From a virus: 64,000 nt of DNA. The notes below the pieces were generated by a model. It ran no database searches. It saw nothing but the letters and a program-made list of their open reading frames with translations, and was not told where the DNA came from. A program made the position numbers and the translations under genes. Shown one piece after another: positions 45,426-55,012 of this stretch; position 1 is the first letter of the stretch, and every line of letters starts with the position of its first letter. The stretch lies in IMG/VR virus record IMGVR_UViG_3300045278_000064; one strand, 5' to 3'.

Positions 45426-46258
45426 CCTTGAATGGGGCCCCGTTCGACTGGGCGCGGGCGATCACCGAGCTGCGTTCCTCGCCCGATCAGGCGAACGATG
45501 CGCCGACCCTCGTCGGCGAGCTCGCACGGAGCGGTGCAGGCAGCGCCCCGATGCTGTTCCTCGCCGATGACGACAAGCAGTACTGGGTCAAGTTTCCCGG
45601 CAACCCGCAGGGCACGCAGACCCTGGTTGCCGAGACGATCGTCGCGGCCATCGCCCCGCTCATCGACGCGCCCACTCGAGAGACCCGTCGGCTCCGCATC
45701 CCACCCGCCCTTGTGGGTACCCCGTACGGCAAGGACCAGCCGCGTCAAGTACCGTCCGGCCTCGCGCACGGCTCCCTGCTCATCGAGAACGCCACCGAGC
45801 AGGTCGACGAGCTTCGGTTTGCTCGACGAGACGACAACGCACGTCGCATCCCCCGGCTTCTCGTCCTCTGGGACTGGGCGATGGGGACCGACGCGCAATG
45901 GCTGCACGACGATGACGCCAACAGCACGATCTGGTCGTTCGACCACGGCCTGTGGCTCGACGCCGGTCCAGGCGCATGGACCCCGGAGGGCATACGTACC
46001 GCCGCAGAGGGCGCATGGACACTGCAAGGGACGATCCCACCAGGGATCAGCGCCACGGAGTTCTATAGCGCGGCGACCGCCCTCGAGGCCGTAGCGCCTG
46101 AACAGATAGCAGCAGCCGTGGCGAACGTCCCTCCCGAATGGAAGCCCGACAATGGACTCCTCGGCGCACTCGGTGAGACCCTGTACGCACGCCGTCGCGG
46201 CGCCGCCGCACGGGCCCGAGCACTCGGCACAAGCATCACGAAGGGAGGCCGGGCATGA
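45422..46258 (+). CDS. HipA-like (HipA_2 type) Ser/Thr kinase
   Basis: YWVKFPGNPQG (ATP Lys); LVAET (alphaC Glu); MGTDAQWL (catalytic Asp); WSFDHGL (Mg-binding Asp). Confidence 0.8.
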   Translation: MTLNGAPFDWARAITELRSSPDQANDAPTLVGELARSGAGSAPMLFLADDDKQYWVKFPGNPQGTQTLVAETIVAAIAPLIDAPTRETRRLRIPPALVGTPYGKDQPRQVPSGLAHGSLLIENATEQVDELRFARRDDNARRIPRLLVLWDWAMGTDAQWLHDDDANSTIWSFDHGLWLDAGPGAWTPEGIRTAAEGAWTLQGTIPPGISATEFYSAATALEAVAPEQIAAAVANVPPEWKPDNGLLGALGETLYARRRGAAARARALGTSITKGGRA

Positions 46259-47112
46259 CCTACCACTACTGGACCATCCGCTGGGTCCCCGACGTCGTCC
46301 GCGGCGAGTTCGTGAACCTCGGCGTGCTCGTCGGCGACGACGAACGCCAGGACTGGGCGCTCGACTTCGTTGAAGACTTCGGACGTGCGAACAGCCTCGG
46401 CGGCGACGCTGCACGGGCCGCAAGCTTCCTCCGTTCCCTCAGGAACCGAGTCGACTCAGCCCTCCTCCCTGACGTCGAGGCGTGGGGGCAGCGACCCCTC
46501 AACTTTGCCGACGTGGAGCGGCTACGAGCGCACCAGTCCAACGCCGTGCAGCTCGCAGCCCCGCGACGCCTGGCCGTCGACAGCGCCGCCCAGGGCCTCC
46601 AGATCATCTACCCGCTGATGGTCGAGGAACGCGCACGGCGGACGCGAGACACGACGAGGACGCGACTCGTGAATGCCCTCGAGAACGACCTGCTCATGGG
46701 CACGCACCCCGACCTGGTCACACGCCGCCGGACGCAAGCGCGGGCGGACGGCCAGCGCGGCTCCTTTGACCTCGTCGCCCAGACCCCGGGCCACCTCCAA
46801 CTCGCCCATGCCTGGTCGTTCACCACCTCGAACGTCGAGTACACCGCGGAGAAGCACCAAGCCTGGGCCTGGTTCGTTCGGATGCTCCGCCACGAGGGCG
46901 GAGAACTCCAGACCCGAGACAACGCCGTCATCCGAGTCGTCGCGGACGCGCCACTACTCGTGATCCACGACAGGCCGAAGACCAACGCGCAGCGCGAGGT
47001 GTTCGAGAGCGCCCGGGTCTCGTGGGAGGCGCTCGACATTCGTGCGTTCGAGGACGTCGAGATGCGCGACGCGGTCGGCATGATGCGACAGGAACTCGCC
47101 TTAGCTGGCTGA
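46255..47112 (+). CDS. DUF3037-domain protein with a C-terminal extension
   Basis: YHYWTIRWVPDVVRGEFVNLGVLV signature; ATGA-coupled to the kinase. Confidence 0.82.
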   Translation: MTYHYWTIRWVPDVVRGEFVNLGVLVGDDERQDWALDFVEDFGRANSLGGDAARAASFLRSLRNRVDSALLPDVEAWGQRPLNFADVERLRAHQSNAVQLAAPRRLAVDSAAQGLQIIYPLMVEERARRTRDTTRTRLVNALENDLLMGTHPDLVTRRRTQARADGQRGSFDLVAQTPGHLQLAHAWSFTTSNVEYTAEKHQAWAWFVRMLRHEGGELQTRDNAVIRVVADAPLLVIHDRPKTNAQREVFESARVSWEALDIRAFEDVEMRDAVGMMRQELALAG

Positions 47113-47144
47113 CCTGTCGGTCGTTCGCCCTATGGTCCAGTGCC

Positions 47145-47609
47145 ATGCGCGAGTCCCCGGCACCGGCCCCGATCTACCACCCGTGGCGGGTCCTCGGCCG
47201 GCACTGGCCGCACGTCGAGGTCGAGCACACCGATGAACTCCCGCCCGGGCGCCGAGCGGACACCAACGGGATCGACGAGATCCGGATGCGGCGCCGCCTG
47301 CTCCAGGTCGAGCGGCGCTGCTCCCTCACCCACGAGCTGATCCACCTCGAGCACGGCCACACCGGCCGGTGCGCCCCCGCGCACGAGGCCGAGGTCGACC
47401 GCGAGGCCGCGCGGCGACTCATCCCATGGCCGCGCCTGCTCGCCGCCGTGCGCTGGGCCCGCTCCGAGGAGGAGCTGGCCGACGAGCTCTGGGTGACCGT
47501 CCGGGTCCTCCGCGCCCGGGTCGCCGCGCTCCACGCCGACGAGCTGATGCAGATCGCCCGCGCCGCCCACGACGTCCACCACTCCCTGCCCTGGAGCGAG
47601 ACCCAATGA
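47145..47609 (+). CDS. ImmA/IrrE-family metallopeptidase
   Basis: RRCSLTHELIHLEHGH (HExxH); AARRLIP; LADELWV. Confidence 0.88.
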   Translation: MRESPAPAPIYHPWRVLGRHWPHVEVEHTDELPPGRRADTNGIDEIRMRRRLLQVERRCSLTHELIHLEHGHTGRCAPAHEAEVDREAARRLIPWPRLLAAVRWARSEEELADELWVTVRVLRARVAALHADELMQIARAAHDVHHSLPWSETQ

Positions 47610-47743
47610 CCCCCGACCCTCGCCCCGCCGAGCAGCTCGAGCTCAGCCTCGACCTCCGCGAGCCCGTCCCGGCACCGTGGTGGGCCGAGCTGCTCGAGCA
47701 CGAGACCCAGGGCGATCAGGACACCGGGTGGTGGGGCGCGTGA
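47606..47743 (+). CDS. 45-aa peptide
   Basis: ATGA overlap with the ImmA stop; MTPDPRPAEQLELSLDL. Confidence 0.4.
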   Translation: MTPDPRPAEQLELSLDLREPVPAPWWAELLEHETQGDQDTGWWGA

Positions 47744-47853
47744 GCGACTCCACGTCCAGGGAGGTCACGGAAGGACTACGGCCCCCGTTCGGCCGTCCAG
47801 AATCTGCCTACGATCCAACCATCAACCACCCCATTCGAAGGAGCACCACGACC

Positions 47854-48594
47854 ATGAACCGCACCGCCCGAGCCGCCGCACTCGCCGCGGCCGCCACCCT
47901 GCTGCTCGCCGCATGCGGCGGTGGCTCCGAGCCAACCGATGCCGGCGCCGAGGCCAGCGCTGAGCAGACGACCGACGAGTCGGACTCCTGGCCGATCGTT
48001 GAAGACGAGGACGGCAACGTCGTCGAGAACCCCGAGGACGAGCCGGTGAGCGACGAGGGAGGGGTGGAAGACCTGGCCGACGTGGCCGAGTTCGACGGCG
48101 AAGAGGTCTCCCTCGACCTCGACGCCCTCATGGACTCGAAGATGTCCACTGCTTCGACCTACTACCTCGAGGGTCTCACCGGGGTGAAGGCAATGGCGGA
48201 GATCGGGGTGGAGGGGCCGGAGAAGATGGAGGAGATGCGCGAGCTCGTCGGCGCCGAGCCCGTCACCTACATCCGCCTCGACGTGGACAACCGCGAGGGC
48301 ACCGACGAGATCAGCATGTACGAGTGGTTCATGTACGACGCGGAGGGCAACGAGTACGCCTTCCAGAACCTCAACTACCAGGCCGTCGAGTGGGACGAGA
48401 TCCTCGACGACGGCTCCGACGCCGACATCGCAGCCAACGACCTCGCATGGGAGATCGAGGACGACTCCGCGAACCCGGGCGAGCGCAACGAGCAGTGGCT
48501 CGTCGGGCCCGGCAACCTCCCCGACGAGGTCTCCGTGATGTCCGCCAAGTCGAGCTCGTTCACCGACGAGTTCACTCCGCTGCCGGTCCGCTGA
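47854..48594 (+). CDS. Acidic lipoprotein
   Basis: AAGGAG SD; lipobox LLAAC; strongly Asp/Glu-rich. Confidence 0.8.
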   Translation: MNRTARAAALAAAATLLLAACGGGSEPTDAGAEASAEQTTDESDSWPIVEDEDGNVVENPEDEPVSDEGGVEDLADVAEFDGEEVSLDLDALMDSKMSTASTYYLEGLTGVKAMAEIGVEGPEKMEEMRELVGAEPVTYIRLDVDNREGTDEISMYEWFMYDAEGNEYAFQNLNYQAVEWDEILDDGSDADIAANDLAWEIEDDSANPGERNEQWLVGPGNLPDEVSVMSAKSSSFTDEFTPLPVR

Positions 48595-48715
48595 CCGACC
48601 AACCGCACGACCACGGCCCTCCGCGCGCCCCACGGCGCCGGAGGGCCGCGCCCTACGCTCCCCACCCCGGCGAGCGCAACGGCGTGCAGTAGCGATGCCG
48701 GGGGAGGAGAGCGTG

Positions 48716-50110
48716 ATGGTGAAGAGGGGGCGGCGGGAGCGCGCCGCAGTGTACGTCCGCCAGAGTACGTACCGCGAGGAGAGCATCAGCCTCGAGCTGC
48801 AGGAGACCGCGTGCCGGGAGTACGCGGACCGGTGCGGGTACGAGGTCGTCGCGCTCGAAACGGACCCCGGCGTCAGCGGGCGGACGTTCGCGCGCCCCGG
48901 GGTGCAGGCCGTGATGTCGATGGTGGAGTCCGGCGACGTCGACGTGATCCTGCTGTGGAAGTGGTCGCGGCTGTCGAGGAACCGGCTCGACTGGTATCTC
49001 GCGGCCGACCGGGCGCAGCAGGCCGGTGGACGGATCGAGTCGTCCACGGAGCCGATCGACACCTCGACGTCGATCGGGCGGCTCGCGCGCGGGATGATGA
49101 TCGAGATCGCTGCGTTCGAGTCCGAGCGTGCGGGTGACCAGTGGAAGGAAGCGCAGTCGCGGCGCGTGCGCCGGGGTCTCCCGCACGACGGCAAGCCGCG
49201 GTTCGGGTACGAGTACGACCCGGAGGGGAAGATTTTCCGGCCCGATCCCGTGACGGGGCCGGTCCTCGCCGGGCTCTACAGGCGCTTCACCGCGGGGGAG
49301 ACGATGTACTCGCTGTGCGTGTGGCTGAACGCGCAGGGCATCCCGACTGCGACGGGCAGCAACGTCTGGACCGCCGCGAACCTCCGCCAGATCATGGATC
49401 GGCAGTTTGCGGTCGGGAGGGTGTATCACCAGGGCGTGTGGCATCCCGGTGCGCACGAGCCCCTGATCACCGAGGCCGAGTACGCGGCCTACCGGCAAGC
49501 TCGGAAGACCCGGGCGGCAGCCCCGCGGAGGGAGGCGTCGGACTACCTCCTCGCCGGGCTCGTGCGCTGCGGCGTGTGCGGACGGGCTCTCACCGGCGCA
49601 TCGGCGCGCGGTCGCTGGTTCTACTACCGATGCTTCGCCTCGAGGTTCACCGGCAGGCACAGCTACGCCCAGGTGCCCACGAAGACCGTCGAGGACGCCG
49701 TCTACGACAAGCTCGTCGAGACCGCCGCGGACATCGAGACCACCGCGATCCCCGAGACGCGCCCCGTGGCTGCGGACACCGCGGCGCTGAAGCGCACGAT
49801 CCAGCAGCACAAGACGTCGCTCGGCCGCCTCGCCGTGCAGCTCGCCGAGGACGTCATCAGCGCCGACGCCTACGCCGCCGCCGCACCCGCGCTCGAGCAG
49901 AAGCTCGCCCTCGCCCGCGAGGCACTCGAAGCCGCGGCCGCCGAGACCGTCGTCCCCCCGATGCACGACGCCGTCGTCAGCCTCGTCACCGACTGGGACA
50001 TCCTCCCCACCGCGCACCGGCGAGCGCTCCTCGCCCGCGCCGTCCAGAGCGTGACCGTCGACTTCAACGACGAGAAGCGAGTCGACGTCACCATGCGAGC
50101 CCGCACCTGA
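48716..50110 (+). CDS. Large serine integrase
   Basis: VYVRQS (catalytic Ser); DPGVSG; WKWSRLSRN; recombinase domain; RCGVCG..YYRC Zn ribbon; coiled coil. Confidence 0.95.
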   Translation: MVKRGRRERAAVYVRQSTYREESISLELQETACREYADRCGYEVVALETDPGVSGRTFARPGVQAVMSMVESGDVDVILLWKWSRLSRNRLDWYLAADRAQQAGGRIESSTEPIDTSTSIGRLARGMMIEIAAFESERAGDQWKEAQSRRVRRGLPHDGKPRFGYEYDPEGKIFRPDPVTGPVLAGLYRRFTAGETMYSLCVWLNAQGIPTATGSNVWTAANLRQIMDRQFAVGRVYHQGVWHPGAHEPLITEAEYAAYRQARKTRAAAPRREASDYLLAGLVRCGVCGRALTGASARGRWFYYRCFASRFTGRHSYAQVPTKTVEDAVYDKLVETAADIETTAIPETRPVAADTAALKRTIQQHKTSLGRLAVQLAEDVISADAYAAAAPALEQKLALAREALEAAAAETVVPPMHDAVVSLVTDWDILPTAHRRALLARAVQSVTVDFNDEKRVDVTMRART

Positions 50111-50144
50111 CCCGAGTACGTGTTGGCGAACCCTCACGACGCTG

Positions 50145-50609
50145 ATGGGGAACGTCACCGGCGACCCCACCGAGCACCGGCAGGACGACGGATCCACGAC
50201 CGTGAAGCTGAGGATCGCGGTCACGGGGCGCTACTTCAACACCGCCTCGCAGGACTTCAGCGACCGAAGGACGGAGTTCATCACGGTCTTCGCACGGAAG
50301 AGCCAGGGGCAGAACGTCCTGCGCTCGGTCCGCAAGGGCCAGCCGCTGGTGGTCACGGGCCGGCTGAACACCTCGGAGTGGACGGGGGAGGACGGAGTCG
50401 CTCGCTTCTCGCTGAACCTGCAGGCCGAGTCCATCGGCCATGACCTCACGTTCGGCACGTCCGTGTTCACGAGGCCCCTACGGGCGAAGGACGTCCCGAA
50501 CGTCGACGCGGACTCGGGGGAGATCCTCACGAGCGCCGGTTCCGCGGACCCGGAGGACGCGCTCACCGATGCGGACGAGGACGAGGACTCGCTCGCCCCG
50601 GCGTTCTGA
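50145..50609 (+). CDS. ssb: Single-stranded DNA-binding protein paralogue, apparently 5'-truncated
   Basis: GNVTGDP..LRIAVT.R..TEFITV..KGQPLVVTGRL..W..AESIGHDL; acidic tail ending APAF. Confidence 0.85.
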   Translation: MGNVTGDPTEHRQDDGSTTVKLRIAVTGRYFNTASQDFSDRRTEFITVFARKSQGQNVLRSVRKGQPLVVTGRLNTSEWTGEDGVARFSLNLQAESIGHDLTFGTSVFTRPLRAKDVPNVDADSGEILTSAGSADPEDALTDADEDEDSLAPAF

Positions 50610-50650
50610 GCTCGTCGGCCGAGTGGCCGACGCGGGGCGGTTCGCGGGGC

Positions 50651-51205
50651 TCAGGCCCCGGACTGCAGCGTCTGCACGAGCGCCGCGGAGATCTCCGGCA
50701 GCAGCGCGGCGCCGAGGACATAGCCGTCCTCGTCGCCGCGGTGCACCGCCGACCAGGTCGTGCCGTCGGTGAGCGCCGCGACCACCACGCGCAGGGCCCG
50801 ACCCGACGGCAGCGCCGCGCCGCTCGTGCGGTCCTCGCCGTCCCGGACCGACCAGGCCGACGGCGCGAGATCGCAGGCGATCGCCCCACCGGCGGCGAGG
50901 TCCGGCCACTGCACGGACTCGAGCGCCGCGAGCGGATCCGCCGTGGCCGGCGCGGAGGGGGAGGCCGACTCGTCGAGGTCGATCGGCGTGAGGTGGAGGG
51001 CGTCGTGGGCGTTGGCGCCCTCGCCCTCGGCCCCCAGCAGGGCGGCGAGAGCGGGCGAGGCGGCGATCAGCTCGGTGCTGCGCGCGAGGGCGAACAGTCG
51101 CGGGGCGGCCAGCGGGCCCTCCTCGACGTGACGGGCGACCTCGAGCACGGCGGCGGCCAGAGCGGCGGTCGGGGCGTCCAGCGGGTCCTGGGCAGGAGTC
51201 GTCAT
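50651..51205 (-). CDS. PPA1309-family protein (host)
   Basis: AAAVLEVARHV..PRLFAL..LESVQWP; divergent from UPF0182 as in other actinobacteria. Confidence 0.7.
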   Translation of the reverse strand: MTTPAQDPLDAPTAALAAAVLEVARHVEEGPLAAPRLFALARSTELIAASPALAALLGAEGEGANAHDALHLTPIDLDESASPSAPATADPLAALESVQWPDLAAGGAIACDLAPSAWSVRDGEDRTSGAALPSGRALRVVVAALTDGTTWSAVHRGDEDGYVLGAALLPEISAALVQTLQSGA

Positions 51206-51359
51206 CGGATCGAGAGGTCCCTTACAGGTTCGGCCTGACAGAATGGGGTGACCGTCGCGCGACACGGCGGCACCACACTGTACCCGGATCGCGTTCTCGG
51301 ACCCCACGATGTCGCGGGGCCCCGTGTGCGCTCCGACATCGAGGCACCAGAGGTTATCT

Positions 51360-54300
51360 GTGAGTTTCTCCGCCCAGTTCGGCGACATGCCGAGGCCGCG
51401 CCCCCGACCTGCTCCCGACGGAGGCTCCGGCGAGCCCCGGAAGATCTCACCGCTGATGATCACGGTGATCGTGCTCGGCGCGCTCGTCGTGCTGCTCGTC
51501 CTCGCCTCGGAGGTGTGGACGAAGTACCTGTGGATGGACCAGCTCGAGTTCACCGACGTGCTCGTCACCCGCTGGGTGACCCAGGCGCTGCTGTTCGTGG
51601 CAGGGTTCGTGGTCTTCGCGGTGCCGCTGTTCCTGAGCCTGCGCATGGCCTACACGAAGCGTCCCGTGTACCCGCCGATCACGCGGGAGCAGGAGGCGCT
51701 CGAGCAGTTCCGCTCCGCGGTGGACCCGCTGCGCCGCGGCCTGACCTACGGCGCGCCGGTCGTGATCGGCTCCTTCGGCGGACTCGCGCTGTCCCGCCGC
51801 TGGCAGGACGTGCAGCTGTTCCTGCACCCCCAGGACTTCGGGCAGACCGATCCCATCTTCGGCAACGACATCTCCTTCTACGTCTTCACCCTCCCGGTGA
51901 TCGACGTGCTCATCTCCTTCGGGCAGTTCGTGCTGCTCGTCTCGATCGTCGGCGCCCTCATCGGCCACTTCGTCTACGGCGGCGTGAGCTGGGGACAGGA
52001 GAGCGGCCTCGAGGTCACGCGCACCGCGCGCCGGCACCTCGGCGTGCTCGCGGCGATCTACGTGCTGCTTCTCGGCGCCGGGCACTGGTTCCAGCGCTAC
52101 GACCTGCTCACCGCCGTCCACACCCGCTTCGAGGGCGCCTCCTACGCGGACGTCCACGCGATCCTGCCCGCGCAGACGATCCTCGCGATCGCCGCCGTCG
52201 TGGTCGCGGCCCTGTTCGTGGTGTGGATCTTCCGCTCCGACTGGCGCATCCCCGCGATCGGCGCCGGGCTGATGATCCTGTCGACCCTCGCCGTCGGCAA
52301 CCTCTACCCCTGGGCGATCCAGCAGTTCCAGGTCCAGCCCAACGAGCGCGCGCTCGAGCAGACCTACATCCAGCACAACATCGACGCGACCCGCACCGCG
52401 TTCAACCTCGACGGCGTCGAGGAGGTGCCCTACACGGCCACCACCGACGCGACCTCCGGCGCGCTGCGCGCGGACGCCTCCACGACCGCGCAGATCCGCC
52501 TGATGGATCCCAACGTCATCTCGCCCACCTTCGAGCAGCGCGAGGCGAACCGCCGCTACTGGGGCTTCGACGACGTGCTGAGCGTGGACCGCTACGAGAT
52601 CGACGGCGAGCTGCAGGACACCGTGATCGGCGTGCGCGAGCTGCGCCCGGACAAGTTCGGCCTCAGCGACCGCTCCTGGGTGGACCAGCACATCACCTAC
52701 ACCCACGGCTACGGCACCGCCGCCGCCCACGGCAACCGGCGCAACTCGGACGGTGAGCCGAGCTTCCTGCAGTCGGGCGTGCCAGGCGACGGCGCCTTCG
52801 GGGACTACGAGGAGCGGGTGTACTTCGGGCGCCACTCCCCGGACTACTCGATCGTCGGAGCGCCCGAGGGCGCCGAGCCGCAGGAGTTCGACTACCAGCG
52901 CGGCAGCACGGATGACGAGCAGGGCGGGGAGCAGGTCTACAACACCTTCCAGGGCGACGGCGGCCCCGCCGTCGGCAGCTTCTTCAACCAGCTGCTGTAC
53001 GCGATCAAGTTCCGCGACCCGAACATCGTGATCTCGAACTACCTCAACGAGGAGTCGCAGATCCTCTACGACCGCGATCCGCAGCATCGCGTCCGCGAGG
53101 TCGCGCCCTTCCTGTCGCTGGACTCCCAGATGTATCCGGCCGTGGTCGACGACCAGATGGTGTGGGTGGTCGACGGGTACACCACCACGACCGAGTACCC
53201 CTACGCGCAGTCGGTCAACCTCGACCAGACCGTCAACGACTCCCAGACCGACCCCAACAGCTCCGCCGCGAATCGGCAGCGTTCGGCGAACTACATGCGC
53301 AACTCCGTCAAGGCGACCGTGAACGCCTTCGACGGCTCGGTGACGCTGTACACCTGGGACACCGCGGACCCGATCCTGAAGTCCTGGTCCGAGGTGTTCC
53401 CCGACGCGCTGCGGCCCGCCTCCGAGATCAGCGGCGAGCTCATGTCGCACCTCCGCTACCCCGCGGACTACTTCAAGGCGCAGCGCCAGATCCTCTCGAC
53501 GTACCACGTCACCGACGCGGACGACTTCTTCACCCAGCAGGACTTCTGGCAGATCCCGCCGGACCCGACGGTCCCCGCGCCCACCAACCCCGACGGCACC
53601 GCGGGCCAGCAGGCCCCGCAGCCGCCGATGTACCTGACCATGCAGATGCCCGACGAGGACGCGCCGCGCTTCACGCTCTCCTCGAGCTTCATCCCCTCCG
53701 AGGGGCAGAACGTGCTCACCGGCTTCCTCGCCGTGGACTCGGAGACCGGCAGCACCGAGGGCAACCCCGCCGAGACCTACGGCGACATGACCCTGCTGGT
53801 GCTGCCCACCTCGAACCCGGTCAACGGCCCCGGCCAGGTGCAGGCCACGTTCAACGCGGAGCCGAACGTCTCCCAGGCGCTGAACCTGCTGCAGCAGGGC
53901 GCCTCCGAGGTCATCAACGGCAACCTGCTCACCCTGCCCGTCGGCGGCGGTCTGCTCTACGTACAGCCCGTGTACCTGCAGTCCTCGCAGACCGGCGGCG
54001 GCACCCAGTACCCGCTGCTGCAGATGGTGCTGGTCTCCTTCGGTGACCGGATCGGCTTCGCGCCGACGCTCGACGAGGCGCTCGACCTGGTCTTCGGCGG
54101 CGACTCGGGAGCCTCCGCCGGTGACGCGGAGGTGACCGACACCGACGCGCCCAGCGGCACGGCCGATGCGGAGACCGGTGAGGGCACCGTCGACGAGGGC
54201 GAGGGCACGGACGAGCCCGCCGAGGGCGAGCAGGAGGCCCCGGCGGCCTCGGGCTCCGCCCAGGAGCGGCTCGACCAGGCACTGGCCGACATGGACACCG

Positions 54301-54458
54301 CGGTCACCGACTCCGAGACGGCGATGGCCGAGGGGAACTGGACGGCGTACGGCGAGGCGCAGGACCGCCTGGCCGATGCGCTCAACCGCGCCGTCCAGGC
54401 CAATCAGGAGCTCGGCGGCACCGGCGCTCCCGCCGCCTCCGACGGCGGAGAGGGCTGA
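51360..54458 (+). CDS. UPF0182-family membrane protein (host)
   Basis: DPIFGNDISFYVFTLP; QVQPNERALE..YI; YTHGYG; NYMRNSVKATVNAFDG. Confidence 0.93.
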   Translation: MSFSAQFGDMPRPRPRPAPDGGSGEPRKISPLMITVIVLGALVVLLVLASEVWTKYLWMDQLEFTDVLVTRWVTQALLFVAGFVVFAVPLFLSLRMAYTKRPVYPPITREQEALEQFRSAVDPLRRGLTYGAPVVIGSFGGLALSRRWQDVQLFLHPQDFGQTDPIFGNDISFYVFTLPVIDVLISFGQFVLLVSIVGALIGHFVYGGVSWGQESGLEVTRTARRHLGVLAAIYVLLLGAGHWFQRYDLLTAVHTRFEGASYADVHAILPAQTILAIAAVVVAALFVVWIFRSDWRIPAIGAGLMILSTLAVGNLYPWAIQQFQVQPNERALEQTYIQHNIDATRTAFNLDGVEEVPYTATTDATSGALRADASTTAQIRLMDPNVISPTFEQREANRRYWGFDDVLSVDRYEIDGELQDTVIGVRELRPDKFGLSDRSWVDQHITYTHGYGTAAAHGNRRNSDGEPSFLQSGVPGDGAFGDYEERVYFGRHSPDYSIVGAPEGAEPQEFDYQRGSTDDEQGGEQVYNTFQGDGGPAVGSFFNQLLYAIKFRDPNIVISNYLNEESQILYDRDPQHRVREVAPFLSLDSQMYPAVVDDQMVWVVDGYTTTTEYPYAQSVNLDQTVNDSQTDPNSSAANRQRSANYMRNSVKATVNAFDGSVTLYTWDTADPILKSWSEVFPDALRPASEISGELMSHLRYPADYFKAQRQILSTYHVTDADDFFTQQDFWQIPPDPTVPAPTNPDGTAGQQAPQPPMYLTMQMPDEDAPRFTLSSSFIPSEGQNVLTGFLAVDSETGSTEGNPAETYGDMTLLVLPTSNPVNGPGQVQATFNAEPNVSQALNLLQQGASEVINGNLLTLPVGGGLLYVQPVYLQSSQTGGGTQYPLLQMVLVSFGDRIGFAPTLDEALDLVFGGDSGASAGDAEVTDTDAPSGTADAETGEGTVDEGEGTDEPAEGEQEAPAASGSAQERLDQALADMDTAVTDSETAMAEGNWTAYGEAQDRLADALNRAVQANQELGGTGAPAASDGGEG

Positions 54459-54670
54459 GCGAGGCCCCACCGTCGCCGAGCCCCGGCTCGGCCCCAGGAC
54501 GCCCGTCACGGCGCCGGCAGCAGCCGGCCCGGGACGGGCGTCCTCGCGTCCGCGCAGGTCCCCGGCACGGCGGTGAGGCAGGTGAACGCCCCGTGAACGT
54601 GGCATGGCACACGTCGGAGGGGTTCTGGCTGGACTCGGGGGACCGGGCGTCCTACAGTTACTGATGTCGC

Positions 54671-54745
<75 letters not shown>

Positions 54746-54750
54746 GAGAG

Positions 54751-54789
54751 AAGGCCCCTGATCAGCAGAAATGCTGATCGGGGGCCTTT
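54751..54789 (+). terminator. Hairpin terminator after the tRNA
   Basis: AAGGCCCCTGATCAGCA-GAAA-TGCTGATCGGGGGCCTT followed by T residues. Confidence 0.7.
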
Positions 54790-54809
54790 AGCTTTGCCCC
54801 GAAACGGTC

Positions 54810-54833
54810 AACCTATCCTCAAACCTATCCTCA
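54810..54833. repeat. 12-bp tandem direct repeat AACCTATCCTCA x2
   Basis: Exact duplication about 65 bp after the tRNA. Confidence 0.8.
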
Positions 54834-55012
54834 GTTCCCGTGGAGGCCAGGGCCGCCGCTGTGGCCCGCATCTACTTGGGTCGAGCACCTCGAACCGTCC
54901 AGCGCCGTCTCGAGGGGGCTGTAGGCCCTACGGTCTGCGCCGAGGCCGAGGCGGATCCGACCGCTGGGGGAGGTGCATTCACCTGTCGCACTCCGATGTC
55001 ACTCTCGGCTTC

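Larger units (their letters stand above)
1..50130. mobile_element. Temperate siphovirus prophage (left end outside the window; right boundary approximate)
   Basis: Complete head, tail, lysis, replication, immunity and integrase modules in canonical order; host-type genes begin right after the serine integrase. Confidence 0.95.

Noticed and set aside
54459-54660. GC-rich hairpins between UPF0182 and the tRNA as an ncRNA
   Set aside because: Consistent with an ordinary terminator/REP-like stem plus the tRNA promoter; no recognisable RNA family
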